Assembly (NCBI RefSeq): GCF_000315625.1
Contig: NW_005434661.1
Coordinates: forward strand, 174,878 to 238,877
DNA from: Guillardia theta CCMP2712
Taxonomy: Eukaryota > Protista > Cryptophyta
Direction: 5' to 3'
Length of the DNA: 64,000 nucleotides
Positions 1 through 12,846 of the stretch are shown piece after piece (within the stretch, counting starts at the first letter, position 1; every line of letters begins with the position of its first letter). Position numbers and translations under genes: made by a program. The notes below the pieces were generated by a model. That model was given only the letters and a program-made list of their open reading frames with translations, made no database searches and was not told where the DNA came from.

Positions 1-145
1 CCCTACCCCGTCCTTTTCCACAACAATCACCCCTATGTATTCAAGTACCCCTCTAATCCAATTGAAAATACCCCACCCCCAAAATTGCTGTTTCCTCCGC
101 CTCTTCATGCAGGTTAGTTGGCTGTGGTAGCGAAGCTAGGTGGTA

Positions 146-420
146 GAGGAGAGGAGGAGAGGAGGAGAGGACAGGAGGACAGGAGGACAGGAGGACAGGA
201 GGACAGGAGGACAGGAGGACAGGACAGGAGGAGAGGACAGGAGGACAGGAGGACAGGAGGACAGGAGGAGAGAAGGAGAGGAGAGGAGGACAGGAGGACA
301 GGAGGACAGGAGGAGAGAAGGAGAGGAGAGGAGAAGAGAAGGAGAGGAGAGGAAGAAAGGAGAGGAGAGGAGGAGAGGAGAGGAGAGGAGAAGAGGAAAA
401 GAGAAGGAGGAAGAGGCAGC
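146..420. repeat. Purine-rich low-complexity tract ((GGACAGGA)n and (GGAGA)n)
   Basis: Directly visible; it explains the spurious ORFs at 114-741. Confidence 0.9.
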
Positions 421-555
421 AAGATGAGGGACAGGGACAGGGACTGGGAGTGATTCATCTTTTCGCAGCCTGCAATAATGTTGGGAGGGATTTTTTAATC
501 TTAATGGTTTGCGCAGGCAGGAGACGTTTCTAGCTAGTGAAGACAACCGGGTGCA

Positions 556-1603
556 GATGACAAGACCCTCACCTTCCCTTCCCCTCCTTGTTGGGATTCC
601 GCTGGTTGCCTCGCTCCTCCTCGTTTTCCTCACCTTCCCGTCACATCCAAGAACCGCTCTTGTCGGCCTGCAGCAGCGGCCTCCTGTGGTCCCAGCAGGT
701 GGCCTGCAGCAGTCTCGTCTCTTCTGGGGCGATGCTCTCAAGGACGAGGACGAAGACGAGCCTAAGGGATGGCATGACAGCGACGAGCGCCTTCAGACCA
801 TGGCCAACGATGCTCTCGACCTGTGCGATGAGGTTGTTGTAGGAGGAGAGCAGCAGGAGCCCTCTAGGGTGAAGCACTGCGTCCACCGGGTGGTCCCTCA
901 AGAGCTGACGAGATTCTGGCATACGCCAGCAGGGCTGGACGACTGGACCCAGCCCACGAGGAGGAAGGACGACTGGGGGGAGGAAGTAGCAGGAGCAAAG
1001 GAGCACAACTACGGGCGAACGTTGCAGAAGGTCATCGATCAGTTCCAGCCGCACACGTCATGGGACGGGAAAAAGATCTACGAGGACGGGAAGATCGTTG
1101 GTGTCCCTACCTACGATCGGAGCTCCTTCCTGGGGTACTCGGGGGCTGACAGGAGGGCAAATATCCTGTTTGATAGGCAGGTAAAAGATCTTGATGGGGG
1201 GAGGGGAGACAGAGACCAGGAGAGAGGAAGGGAGTGCGTTAGAGAGGGGAGGGATTGGAGGATGACTGAGCGAGGGGGAGGTGCGGAGAGGAGAGCAGCG
1301 AACGAGTGGTGGGATTCGTCGACTGACTTGCTACGTAGGCTGGAAGCCAAGTAGCCTTCAAGGGCTACGACGACGACGGTGCTAATGTACTGACATCTCC
1401 TTTGCTCTCCCCTCCTTCTCCTGTGTCGTAACCAAAAGACGTTGCCAGGATGACGAGAGCTACGATGTGCTGTACACAGAGAGGATGCCGTCTCAGGAGG
1501 GAGGCGGTGAGGAGGAGAGGACAGTGGTATCGTCCTCCGCTGCTCCAGCCGCATCCTCTAGGGTGAAGACTTCTTGTTTCTCGCTCCTCGGGATCCCAGC
1601 GTA
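556..1603 (+). CDS. Hypothetical protein with N-terminal membrane anchor/signal (spliced; 3' end uncertain)
   Basis: ORF 509-1354 from ATG ~556: MTRPSPSLPLLVGIPLVASLLLVFLTF then a complex coding-like sequence. GT donor at ~1181 and AG acceptor at ~1338; last exons not resolved. Confidence 0.55.
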
Positions 1604-2016
1604 ACGATGTGAGAAGGTGCTGGGACTCACGAAACCGGAGAAGCGCAGAAGCAGGTTGATTTCTCCTCCTCCCCCTCCTCCTCCTCCTCCTCCAACTCTC
1701 TCCTCCTCCTCCTCCTCCTCCTCCTCTCTCCTCTTCCTCGTCCCCCCTCCCCCCACCCTTCCTCCTCCTCTGCTTCATCTGCCCCGCCTCTGTCTCCCCA
1801 CCTCTACGGCTTCTTCACTTGCGTTGATCTTTCTTTCAGACTGCGGCAAACGGATGACCCTTTCATGCGATACGCCATGAAATTTTCCAAGGTAAAGTCG
1901 ATGTTTCTCTTCTTGCAACCTCCAGCCCCTTCTTCTCTCCAACAGCCTTCTGCTCTCACTCCCTCTCATTCTCATCACATCAACTCTCTTCTTCCCTCTA
2001 CTTTCTCCTTCTTGTC

Positions 2017-5000
2017 TCACTGCTTTCTTCTGCAGGATTCTGCGGTGGTTGTCGAGCAACCATGGGCGTCAGCCAGCCATCTCTCTACTGAAGTACGTTG
2101 AACATCCAGCTCCTCCTCCTCCTCCTCCTCCTCCTCCTTATCTTCATCTTCCTCGTCCTCTTGCTCTTCCTCTTGCTCTTCCTCGTCGACGCTATCATCA
2201 TCTTGATCATCATTTCCCATCTCCTTATCTTCATTTTCATCATCGTCCTCCTCCCCTTTACTGCGCTCCTCCGCCATCGTCATCTTGCTCTGCCATTCGC
2301 ACCTCTCCTCCTCATCTCTTGCTGGTCCACCTCCTCCATTACTTCCCCCTCCTCCTCTTGCGTCTCCAGCACTGAACCACCGATACAGACGAACATTGCC
2401 GAGGAGGAAGAAGGAGATCCCGACTCTTACCACGTCACTGTCCAAGGATTGGTCAGTCTTGCCCTTATTCCTCTCGTTTCTCTTTCCTACTCCCTTCTCC
2501 ACGGCTTCTCCTCTACTTCGTCTCCTCTCTCCCTCCCCCAACTCTCTACTCTTAGTTTCTGACTCTCTGCCTCCTTGTCTGACTTGATCTGCAGCCGATC
2601 GGATGTGACGCGGGGGGCGTGCGTGCTCAGTGGGAAGGAGACCTGAAGGTGTCGGAAGTGAACTGTGGCAAGTAGCAGAAGTGGAGGATAATGGGAGGGA
2701 GGAGGGAGGGAGAGAGGAAGCGGCGAACTTGAAGTCTTTCCGATGTAGTTTACAAACATTTACAACCCAGTCGGGCGTCACCTCTCCTTCCCTGCCTCCA
2801 CGTGTCGTTTGAGGATGCTGAGGTAAAGGAAGAAAGCGTCGTGCGGGCTGGCGGTCTTGGCGGACTGAAGGAGGGAGAGGACGTGCTTGTCCTGTAAGAT
2901 CTTCTCTTTGGCTCGTTTGTGAGCGGCAAGGTGGGACAAAGTTTTCATCGCCTGCACCTTCAACCCTTCGTCCTCGCTGAGCGCAAGTGAGAGGAGGCAG
3001 GGCAGGGGAGGAGCGGTTGGGAGCAAAAGGGCAGGGCAGGAGGAAGGAGACGTGGAGTGGGGAGAGGAGCACTACCTGGAGAGGAAGTGGAGGATGGAGG
3101 TAGGGACGTCGTGGTCGACCAGAGCCTGGTGGAGGGCAGACACGTTGGACAGACAGGCGAGGGACGTGAGCTGTGGTGCCAAGTGAGACGAAGAGAGGAG
3201 GAGGAAAGTGACAAGAGGCGGATAAGAGGAGAAGGCCGACCTTGGTACAGAATGAGGAGGAGGTGGCAAGAGCGTAAGTGCGAGAATCGAGAAGACGCGA
3301 AAGATACAGAGGAAGAGGAGGAGGAACATGGGGAAGAGGATCCGAAGATGGACGGAGGTAGGCGATCGGGACGGGATTGGGGGTGGGATAACTCACAGCA
3401 TTGAGCTGCATCTTCGGATCCTTGGAGGTAATGGCTCTGCTCAGCAACGAGATCCCGTCCTTGTCCACCAGCTGAAACCTGCACCTTTCCCCCGCCTGCA
3501 TCGACCGTCACAAACTGATGACGTCATCACAGGGAAGACCTTGCAGAGGGAGAGGAGGAGCGAACTCGCTCTCCTCCTCAGCTCCAAATCGTCCTGCGCC
3601 ATCATCCTCCTCATCATCTCGATGTTGCTGTCCGTCACCAGGTCCTCCCCTCCTCCTCCTGTGAGCGACGAGGACATCTACGCATGCTGTCAGCCTCCTC
3701 CTGCCGGTCGCAACGACAGCAGCACCTCCTCTGCAAACTTGTCGAACGCGCTCCGCCCTGCGCTCCCTCCTCCCTCCTCCCCCCGGTGCGCCTGCGATGC
3801 CGAAGTCCACAGGGCAGGTGTAGCAACGCTCCTCTCCTTCGAGAGCCCTCCGTCCTCCCCCAGCGGGATCCTGATGGTAGCATGTCCCAGCAGCGCCGCC
3901 TGAGCTGCAGCGGCGGCACGAGCGACGTTCCTGTCGGGGGACGACAGAGCGCGAGAGATCACGCGAGGAGCTGAAAGGCCCTCTAGTTGGGTCCGTATGC
4001 TCTCTCCGCCGATCTCAAGGAGGGAGGCGATGGTTCCCAGGGCCTTGGCACAGGTCCTCCCGTCCTTCAGGTCCTCTGCAGCATCTACGATGATGGGGAG
4101 GACGGCGCTGCTGCGGAGGGAGGGGAGGCATCGGGGGTTCTTGCTGAGGAGGCGGATGCAGGTCATGGCATCCAGCCGGGTCGTGGAGTTGCCGGAGAGC
4201 TGGACGGCTTTGGAGAGACGGAGAGGAGCGGACCAGGACAGGAAGGCGTCGTGGCTGGTGGCGTTTGCAGCCATTCTCGAGCAGATGAAGGCAGCAAGGG
4301 CCGAAAGCTCCGGGTCAGGAGACTGAAGGAGGGCAAAGATCTGACCCTCGCATCCTGACTGAAGGATTCTGTCCGCCGCATCCTCAAGCTCCAAGAGGCT
4401 CCTGAGGGCGCCATGGAGGTCCTGGATGGAGACGTCACCAGGGAGCATGTTCCCTGTGTGGAGGGCGAGGCTCAGGAGGACGGAGATGCCATCCTGCTCT
4501 ATGATCTCGCCATGTTTCGCCTCCTGGTGTGCAGCAGCACAGAGGAAGCTCGCAGTGTCCAGGCAGCAGTTGCGCCATCGCGCTATGACGCTCTTGACGC
4601 TATCGCCCTGTCTCATACCGTAGTGGATGTCCTCTCGCAAGGGGTCGATCCCCGAGCATACGTATACCTTGTCCTCGTCCTTGAGCAGGAAGCCTATCCT
4701 CCCGTTGAGAGGCAGCGCGTGCCTCTGGCTGTCCTCCACCCATCGGATCCTCAGCGAGGGGATGTCGGAGCCGGCGAATAGCTCTCGGTGGAGCTTGCTG
4801 ATCTCTCGGTGGAGGGCGTCGATGGTGGAGGATGACGAGACGACACATAGGAAGGGAGGGCATCCGTCGCTATGCACAAGGAGCCGAATGTCCTCCTTGC
4901 TGCCTCCCTCCCCCTCGCTTCTCCCCGCACTGGAATCAATCATCAGACGAACTAACGCACTTCCTCCCTCTCTCACGATCCCTCCCCAACATACCCCATA

Positions 5001-5203
5001 CGCATGTACCCTTCCCCTCCCGAACCCCCTCTGCCCCTCCCGTCCTCGTCCTCCTCAGTCCTCCTCCTCCTCTCCCTCCTCCTCTTCCTCTTCCCTTCCC
5101 TCGCCATCCTCATTCCCCTCATCCGTTTCCCTCACCCAGCCATGGAGCGTCCCAGTGAGGCGGGCTCGATTGTTTCGGGGGCCGATCGCCACTGGATCGC
5201 CAT
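2017..5203 (-). CDS. Armadillo-repeat protein with N-terminal beta-grasp-like domain and acidic C-terminal tail (multi-exon)
   Basis: ORFs 3690-4976, 3441-3677, 2778-3026 and 2017-3501 carry ARM-like helices (IIEQDGISVLLSLA, ILQSGCEGQIFALL, LVDKDGISLLSRAI). Probable first exon MAIQWRSAPE from ATG 5203 splices in frame. End approximate. Confidence 0.7.
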
Positions 5204-5425
5204 GCCAGGGCGAGACGGAATGCGAGCTGCTATGGGAGGATAGAGAGGGAGCAGACGAGTAGAGGAGCAGACGAGGAGCTAGAGGTGGAGGAGCAGACGA
5301 GGAGCTAGAGGAGGAGGAGCAGGCAGCAGTGAGTCATCTCAGCAGTCTGATACGAGTGTTTGTGAGGACGTGAGGAGGTAGTCACGGGGGTGTTGCGACC
5401 CCTGCCGTGAGCTTGATCGATCGAC

Positions 5426-6785
5426 ATGTCGCGTTGTGTTCTTATCGCTCTCAGCCTTGTCGCTCACGTTCACTTCTCGGATGCCTTCCTGGTCGGAGGG
5501 CTTGCAAGGACATACTGGGGGAGCGCGAGAGGGTCAGGGGGCGAGAGGGTGAGCGGGAGGAGGAACATGGCGAGGGCAACAGGGGCTACGGTGCTGAAGA
5601 GCCAGCAGACAGAGGCGCCGGCAGGGCCACAGGAGCGTCATCCCATCTACTGGATCGACGAATGCGAGCCGCACGAGATGACGAGGGAGCTTGCAAGGAA
5701 GAACGAGCAGTACCTGTACAAGTTCCTCAACCACAAGGGGATCGCCCCCTTCAACCTTGACGCCTTCAAGGAGGCAGAGCGCGCGTACGCTGCGTTCAGC
5801 AGGGAGGCAGGCGGGGAGCCTCCCATCATCATCGACTCGTGCTGTGGGACAGGGAGGAGCACTTACAACCTTGCGCGGGAGAACCCGACGTCCTTTGTGG
5901 TAGGAGTGGATAAGAGCGAGGTGCGGCTGAATAGAAACCGAATCTTCCGTGAGTCCAGCAACGGGCCGGCAGAGAACATGGTGAACTTTGCTTTTCTTCT
6001 CCTCCCTCCTCTTCTCTTCCTTCCTTCACCTCCTCTCCCTACCTCCGTGCTGCCTTCCTATTCCTCCATCCCTGTATCCTGGCTCTCCTCCTCCTCCTCC
6101 TCCTCCTCCTCCTCCTTGGCTTTTTCTACCTCACTCTACAGCGTTCCTGCTCCCTTTCTCTGCCTCCGATCCCCATCCTTCTCTTCCCTCTCTCCTTCCC
6201 TCCATTTCTGCCCCGTTACCCTCCATCCGAGCTACCTCCTCCTCCGGCACTTCGAAACTGCTGACGTGTACTTCAAGATCCTCGTGCGGGCAAACTGCAT
6301 CGACTTCTGGAGACTCATCTGGCAAGCAGGGTGGAAAATCGACCGCCATTTCATCTTGTACCCAAACCCGTACCCGAAGCCAGGGCAGCACTTTCTACGT
6401 TGGCACGGTTCCCCAGCTTTCCCGATCCTCCTGAAGATGGGGGGAGAGATTGAGGTGAGCGACGATGAGTCGCAGGCTGTTCCCTCAACGGCCGTGCAGG
6501 TCCGGGCAAGCTGGCGGACGTACCTAGAGGAGATGGCGATTGCAGCAGAGGAGATAGGAGGGGTGAAGGATGCTGTGGTGAGGAAGAACTTATCAGAGAG
6601 AGTTGGCTGAGAGGTTCTTGATCTGATTGTTTTCACGACAGATTGAACCTTTGCAATTCGGGAAAAACTTAGAGAAAGCGATTAGCAACTTCGAGCGGAA
6701 GTATGTGCTTGCCGGGCAGCCGATCTACCGCCTGAGATTCCCTCGCTTGCAACAAATTCCCTTTGACAGCAGCAGGAATGAATAA
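5426..6785 (+). CDS. trmB: tRNA (guanine-N7)-methyltransferase, TrmB-like, with bipartite plastid leader
   Basis: IIDSCCGTG SAM motif, VVGVDKS, ILYPNPYPK..H..R and C-terminal SNFERKY..GQPIY. Introns ~5981-6277, 6454-6499 and ~6578-6641. Leader MSRCVLIALSLVAHVHFSDA-F. Confidence 0.85.
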
Positions 6786-6913
6786 TCGAAGATTCCTCCA
6801 CAAGGGAGAAATGAAGAGAGGGAAAACAAAAGCTCTCCTCCCATTCTATGGCACATCATGCATGATTCTCAATGCAGAAAGTCTCTTTTCACGCCATTGG
6901 CGGTCGCACGCTC

Positions 6914-8359
6914 TCACTTCTTGCCCTTGCTGTCGGAGGGGTTGTTGCCCAGCACTCCCTGAAACGCATAGTACTGAGACCAAGGGTCGTCCAGGGGAGC
7001 AGAAGACGATTCTGCGATCGACTCCAAGGGCATCAACCTTGCCTTCCTCTCCTGCTCACGGATCTTCCGCTTCAGCAGCCGCCGCTTTCTATCTCTCATG
7101 ATCTCCTGGTAGTGCTCGCTGTCCTCAAGCTTGGCCTCCGCCGCTCGTTGCTCGCTTGCTTCCCTGCTCGCCAGGAAGGAGCTCAAGGTGGACTGGTACT
7201 GCGAGGAGAGCCGCTGATCGATCCCCGCTGCATCCTTGGGGTCGATCACATAGTTGAGAGCGTCACTGATCCGCGCCGCCATGGTCACGTTCCGCAGCAG
7301 CACCGCTCCCTGGCAGCCCGGGACCCAGCCGTTGTCGCAGCAACCTGGACGGTGAGGTCAGCACGGGGACAAGGAAGGAGGAGGAGAGGACCTGGACAGA
7401 CCAGGCAGGCGGCACAAGAAGACTCGGCGAACTCTCCTGCCTCCGGCCCGCTCGCTCCTGACGCTGGGTTCTCCTCTACAGTCTTGAGCTCCATTTGAGT
7501 CAGCCCGGAGCTGGGGTCAAGACGGCTGGGATGCTTGACGTCGCTACGGAACTTCTTGTTCATGATCCCCTGCTTCCTCCACATGCTCATCGCGTCCCTC
7601 CAGTCCTCTCCTGTCCGAGCGCTCGGGGACTTTGCTGCATGCAGTCCGCTGGTGCTGACCGCTGCCTTCCCCAGGAACTCATTCCCATCCTCCTCTCTCG
7701 CCCGCGCCTCAGCGATGCCTAACGCTAAGTTCGCAATGCTCTGCGTCACCGAGTCGCTGGTGAACATGCTGGTCACGCCCTTGGCTATGTTCTGCGCCTC
7801 CTTGCTCACCCCGCGCTGCCTCGTCCTCAGGTTAGAGACAAGGTTGCTGATGGCCTTCTGGTACTCTGAGTCCACGCCAGGAACCGTTGGCGTCTGCTGT
7901 CTCCTCCTCGCTCTTTTCCCTGCAGGAATGAAAACTCCAGGCTTCTTCTTGTACGTGATCTTGCCCGAGACAAACCTGTTCGCAAGGCAAACCATGGTCA
8001 TTGTGGGGCAGGACAATTTTGATCAGGAGAAGGAGGGGAGAAGAGGACAAGGGAACTCACCTCCCATCAACATTTCCCGACAAAGTTCCTTCTCCCTCGC
8101 TCCCAGAACCTTGTCCACCGCCTGATCTGTCCAGCTGCAGGTCTCCCACCGATATCGGGACCCCGCACAGTCCACCCCTGCCGCAGCTCGTCGTGTCAAG
8201 TAGCGCCGTTGCTGAGCTCCTAGCATGTGCGGAGGAGCGGAGGGAGTCTACGAGAGAGGAATGAGATCGCCTCGAGAGGAGGAGGAGCAGCGAGCATGCC
8301 ATGCCGCACACTAGCGCTCCTGCCATTCCCCTCCCTCTCCCCATGCCCCGAACAGCCAT
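6914..8359 (-). CDS. Hypothetical protein with N-terminal hydrophobic anchor (multi-exon)
   Basis: ORFs 8057-8686 (MAVRGMGRGRGMAGALVCGMACSLLLLL), 7285-8016 and 6914-7303 can be joined by short GT-AG introns. No family recognised. Confidence 0.6.
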
Positions 8360-8798
8360 GCTGAGGACCAGTGCAGGACAGCAAAAAGAGAGTAGGTGGA
8401 AAGAGTAGGAAATTTTTGATGTCTTTTCTGGAATGGGTTTGCTGTCTTTTTGAGCGATAAAGGAGTACAGTCCTAATCGATAGTTGCTGTCTTTCCTGCT
8501 CCTTTCCCTTGCATGTCGGCTTTCATTCCGCCACTCGTTCTCTCCCGTGCCATGCAGCCACGTTGCGAGGAGAGAGAGACATGCCAGCTCTGCCGTTCTT
8601 GACCCTCCTGACCCTCCTCCTTCTCTCACATCCTCCTGCTTTCCTTCCTCTGTCCCGCTCCACTTCTCTGCACGGCTCCCTCCCATAAGCCCTTTCCCCG
8701 ACTTGCTCCTCTCTCGCCTGCCTCACCTCCTAACCTCCCCATCACATCTCCTCCCTTCCTCCCTTCGTCTACTACTCCTTCACGCTCTCACCAGCGCC

Positions 8799-10807
8799 AT
8801 GGCGACAGAAGCTCTGATACAGCAGATGGAGGGAAGAGTCGTGGCGCACGTCGACATGGATTGTTTTTACGTACAAGTGGAGCAGAGGAGGGACGAGAGT
8901 CTGCGAGGCAAGCCCGTCGCCGTCATACAGTACAACCCCAACGGGGACCTCCAGGACGTCAGGCCGGACGAGAACAGGAGGTGCGATCACAGCGACGGCA
9001 GTCTGATCGCCGTGAGTTACGAAGCAAGGTCGCCAGCTCGCCTTGCAGGGCACCCTGCTAACATCATGGCAGGGCCAAGGGGGTGAAGCGAATCATGCGG
9101 GGGAAGGAAGCAAGACAGGCGTGTCCTGACCTGATCCTCATCCAGGTCCCTGTAGCGCACAAGAAGAGCGACATCAACCTGTACCGGGAAGCAGGAGCCG
9201 AGGTCGTCAACGTGCTTGCCCGCTTCTCGTCCGCATGCGAACGAGCATCCATCGATGAGGTGTACTGTGACATCACCGATGCTGCTCTCCTGCAGCTGGA
9301 CGAGATCGAGCGGAACTTCGGCGCGGACGTGGGGCCGACGCTGCTCGACGAGATGGACAAGACGTGGGTAGCGGGGTACGAGCAGCAGACGTTGGTCACT
9401 ATGTCCAAGGAGGAGGTCAGGAACGGCCATAGCTCTATCTCCGCATGCCCGGACAGCGGTAACGGACAGGAGGAGTGGTGGAGGAGGCCTCTATCGCGGT
9501 GGAAGACGTCGGAGAGGCTGCTGGCTGCTGGAGCACAGGTGGTGACGAAGATGCGGCGAGCGGTGCTGGAGGAAACCAGCTTCACATGCTCTGCCGGCAT
9601 TTCTCACAACAAGATTCTGGCCAAGTTGGGCTCGGGGCTGCACAAGCCCAACCAGCAGACGATCCTTCCCACGGAAGCTGCTCAGAAGCTGATGCAGGAC
9701 CTGCCGATCTCACGCCTGAGGGGCCTGGGAGGGGAGAAGCTTGGAAAGGCGATCCAGGAAGAGTTCCATGTAGAGACTGTCGGGGAGCTGCAGAAAATTC
9801 CATGCCCGCTGCTTGTCTCTAAGTTCGGGGACAGCCCGAAGCCGCCGGGGGGGCTGTGGGTCTACCGGATCGCTAAGGGAATCTGCTTGCAGCCAGTGAA
9901 GGATCAGGAATTGGCCAAGTCAAGGGGATCAGGCAAGAGCCCTTCATCCTCCTTGTTCCCTCCTCTTGTGCTCACTTGAGATGCAGGTAAGGACTTTCTC
10001 CGCTCCAAGTTCGGTGCCCTCAACGATTTCGAAAAGATCGAGAAGTGGCTGCGCGAGATCGTGAGCCAGGTGTACGAGCTGCTGGTCAAGGACCGTGAAC
10101 GGCTGGGCAGAATCGCAACAAACATGACAATCATGTTTCGTGAGGACGGTGAAAACCAGAAGACCCGAAGCTGTTCACTGCGGCAGCCTTACTCGCTGGA
10201 CCGCATGGTGAGCGACCTGTTCCATGCGGTCAAAAAGGAGTACTCGACAGGAAGAAGGCCTGCCATCGCCTCCATGTTTGTCTCTGCGTCCAACTTTCAG
10301 GATCTTCCTAAGGGGAACAAACTCATCACCAACTTTTGGAAGTCCCAAGATAAATCTCAGGACGCGGCAGGGGATGAGCATGAAGATGCCAAGGGCGCAA
10401 CAGCGCAGTCCCACGACATTGAACGCCCACCGAAGCAGATGCCGCAGAGTGAACCTGGCGGGGTGGCGCCTGAGCAGCAGAAGCAGGAGGTCGAGGCAGC
10501 GCGGGAGGAGAGGAAGAAAGGATCTCTTTACGCATCTAGCGAGATCGATGAGAATATCCTGAAGGAGCTGCCCAAGGAGATCCAGGAAGAGATTCGTCTG
10601 AGCATGAGGATAAACTCCCACCGCTCCAGCGCCTCCTCCTCCTCCGCATTTTCCAACTCAAGCGCCAAAGGAATCGACAAGTTTTTCAGCAAAACATCTG
10701 CGCAGGCTGAAGATTCTACCAGCGGCAAGAGAACACCTCAGACGTGTTCGAGTGATCGCCGGGTGAAACCGAAAATGTCCATCACGTCTTTCTTTCAACG
10801 CAAGTGA
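8799..10807 (+). CDS. POLH: DNA polymerase eta (Y-family translesion polymerase)
   Basis: VAHVDMDCFYVQVE, IAVSYEAR, ERASIDEVYCD, TCSAGISHNKILAKL and KPNQQT motifs. Introns 9029-9072 and 9933-9986 (GC-AG). C-terminal UBM-like (DENILKELPKEIQEEI) and PIP-like (SITSFF) motifs. Confidence 0.93.
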
Positions 10808-11271
10808 TACTTGGCCGCGAACAGCAGCAGGAAAGACACAAGTGTAAATAGGTTGTAGTATACAGCAGTCTCAAGATTTATGGTGATTTTCGATTAAGAG
10901 TCCATCTACGAGGGTTGTTAGATGCAATATTTTTCAACTTCGTCTTATTCCTCGTCTAACGCAAAAGGGGTATCGTGCTCTTGACAAGTGAAGAGAGAAA
11001 GGACAAGGTCCTCCAATATGGACTGAGGCTTGCAAACTTTATCTTTCGACCTACAATGGAACGAGCGCTCGAAAAGAAGCTAAGATTTCTCAACTTTCTC
11101 CGTGTCAAGAATTTCGTATTTGAGAAACATCTGTTGGAGGATTCGCCGCTAAGGTCAAGCATGTCTTGACGGAACATGGAGTGCCCTGGGATTCTGAAAA
11201 CTGTGATGCTGAGAATCGAGAGCTCATCCCAAGGTTCTTTCTGAGGGCAGCAGAGGACGCTTCGACAAATT

Positions 11272-12846
11272 TTAGCTTGAAAAATTCATATCAGAATTTC
11301 CCTTCTTGAACACAAAATCCTGCGAGGCGGTCAAGACGAGAGAAAAGGAGGGGAGAAGTGCAGAGGACACCTGCTTTCTTACACGCCCGCCATCATTGAT
11401 CGCCAGTGTCATCACACCAAACTTGAGTTGTGCCTTCCATTTGTTCTTTGTCCGACTCACCTGCAACATTTCCAATCAGAAATCCTATTGCACCTTGACC
11501 GATTGTACACGACCTTCTCATACTGACACAGTATTAGATTGTGAGTCGAGTTCGCCACATCATCTTCTTCGTCATCGTCATCGTCCTCAGACCCCAGCTC
11601 CTCTTCTTCATTCGCCCCCTCATCCCCCTCCTCCTCCTCGTCATCGTCTGCCAGCTCTTCAGAAACCTGAAAGTCTCCCAGTGTACAGCTCCATTCATAC
11701 CGCCATCAGATTCTCCATCCTCGCCAACCCGTCGACGCTTGATCGGGCTTGACCCAGCCCCGTCCGTTTGTTCAATGACAATCGTACAAGCCTTCAGATC
11801 TCGCGTTGCACTCGAGCTCTTGCCCGTCTTTGCCCCCTGAAACGAACGCTAATCACCCCTGGTCGCTCACTATGAGGATTTTTCTCACCCCCTCCTCACT
11901 TGATTCATCCTCAGCGCTTTCTGAAAAGATTTGCAGGCTTGTGTCTGCTCCATCAGTCTGCGGGAAGCCTGTGTCTCTCCGCATGTCCAGCGGGTAGCCC
12001 TGAGCATCATGCTGCATAAGAGGAGGGCAGGCGGCGACATACCCTCCCAGCATGCTGCCCCCGGCAAGATCTGTTCGAACATGTGTTCCATACGCATTGA
12101 GCTTCTCAGTCCATAGCTGCAAACAAGCATCAGGGCCTCAATCACCATACGTTTTGAAATCAGAAGATCCACTGAGGTTGATAAACATGGTAGGGAAAGT
12201 AAGGAGGAAGAACAAATCTGTCTTGACGGCAAAGAGACGGGGCAGGGGATAAATGGTCCACAACAGCACTTCTTTATCTGACTCGTCAAGCCCTCACACT
12301 CGCTCTCTTTTTATGAGAGCACGCTGCTAATGCGCCCTAGCAAGCACCAGACCCCCTAATGCATTCAGCTTGATGAATTGAGCCCTTATCATCTCATGGT
12401 CACAGTCACAACCATGCAACATATAACTCTGCGTGGTATGATAGGCAATGCAACTAGCATAGTCAAATGCAAAAGCATCGTGATGTTCGGGAAAAACCGA
12501 TCGAACTGAAATGATCGTTGAGACATTTTCAGCAACAATGACAAAGGCAGACAAAGGATGGGTAACGAACAGCAACTCGACTGCATCTCTCCTCTCAGAC
12601 ACTATCAAAGATGTCGTATTTGAAGCCAGGCTGAAACCGCCTACAAGGTCTCCTCAATCCTTCCAAATAGGCCTGATCCACACAATTTACCCCTTGCCCC
12701 CCATCTCCCTCTCTTCTGCCGTATCATGATTCAGGCCTCACCCTTTGGAGCTCAGAAAGCACGTTGGTGTCCATTCCTTGTCCTATGAACTTGTTCCTTG
12801 ACTCTTCCATCACGTCGCCCATGATTCGCCCGTAGATCTCCGCCAT
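11272..12846 (-). CDS. TOA1: Transcription initiation factor IIA large (alpha/beta) subunit
   Basis: N-terminal IYGRIMGDVMEESRNKF..G.DTNVLSELQR|LWTEKL, QTDG site, acidic linker, C-terminal NLILCQYEK|VSRTKNKWKAQLKFGVM..DFVFKK. First intron 12117-12741. Confidence 0.9.

Noticed and set aside
114-741. Several long ORFs on both strands
   Set aside because: Translations of GA-rich microsatellite; the same applies to ORFs at ~17700, 18200, 21200-21550, 28400, 37870 and 53080.
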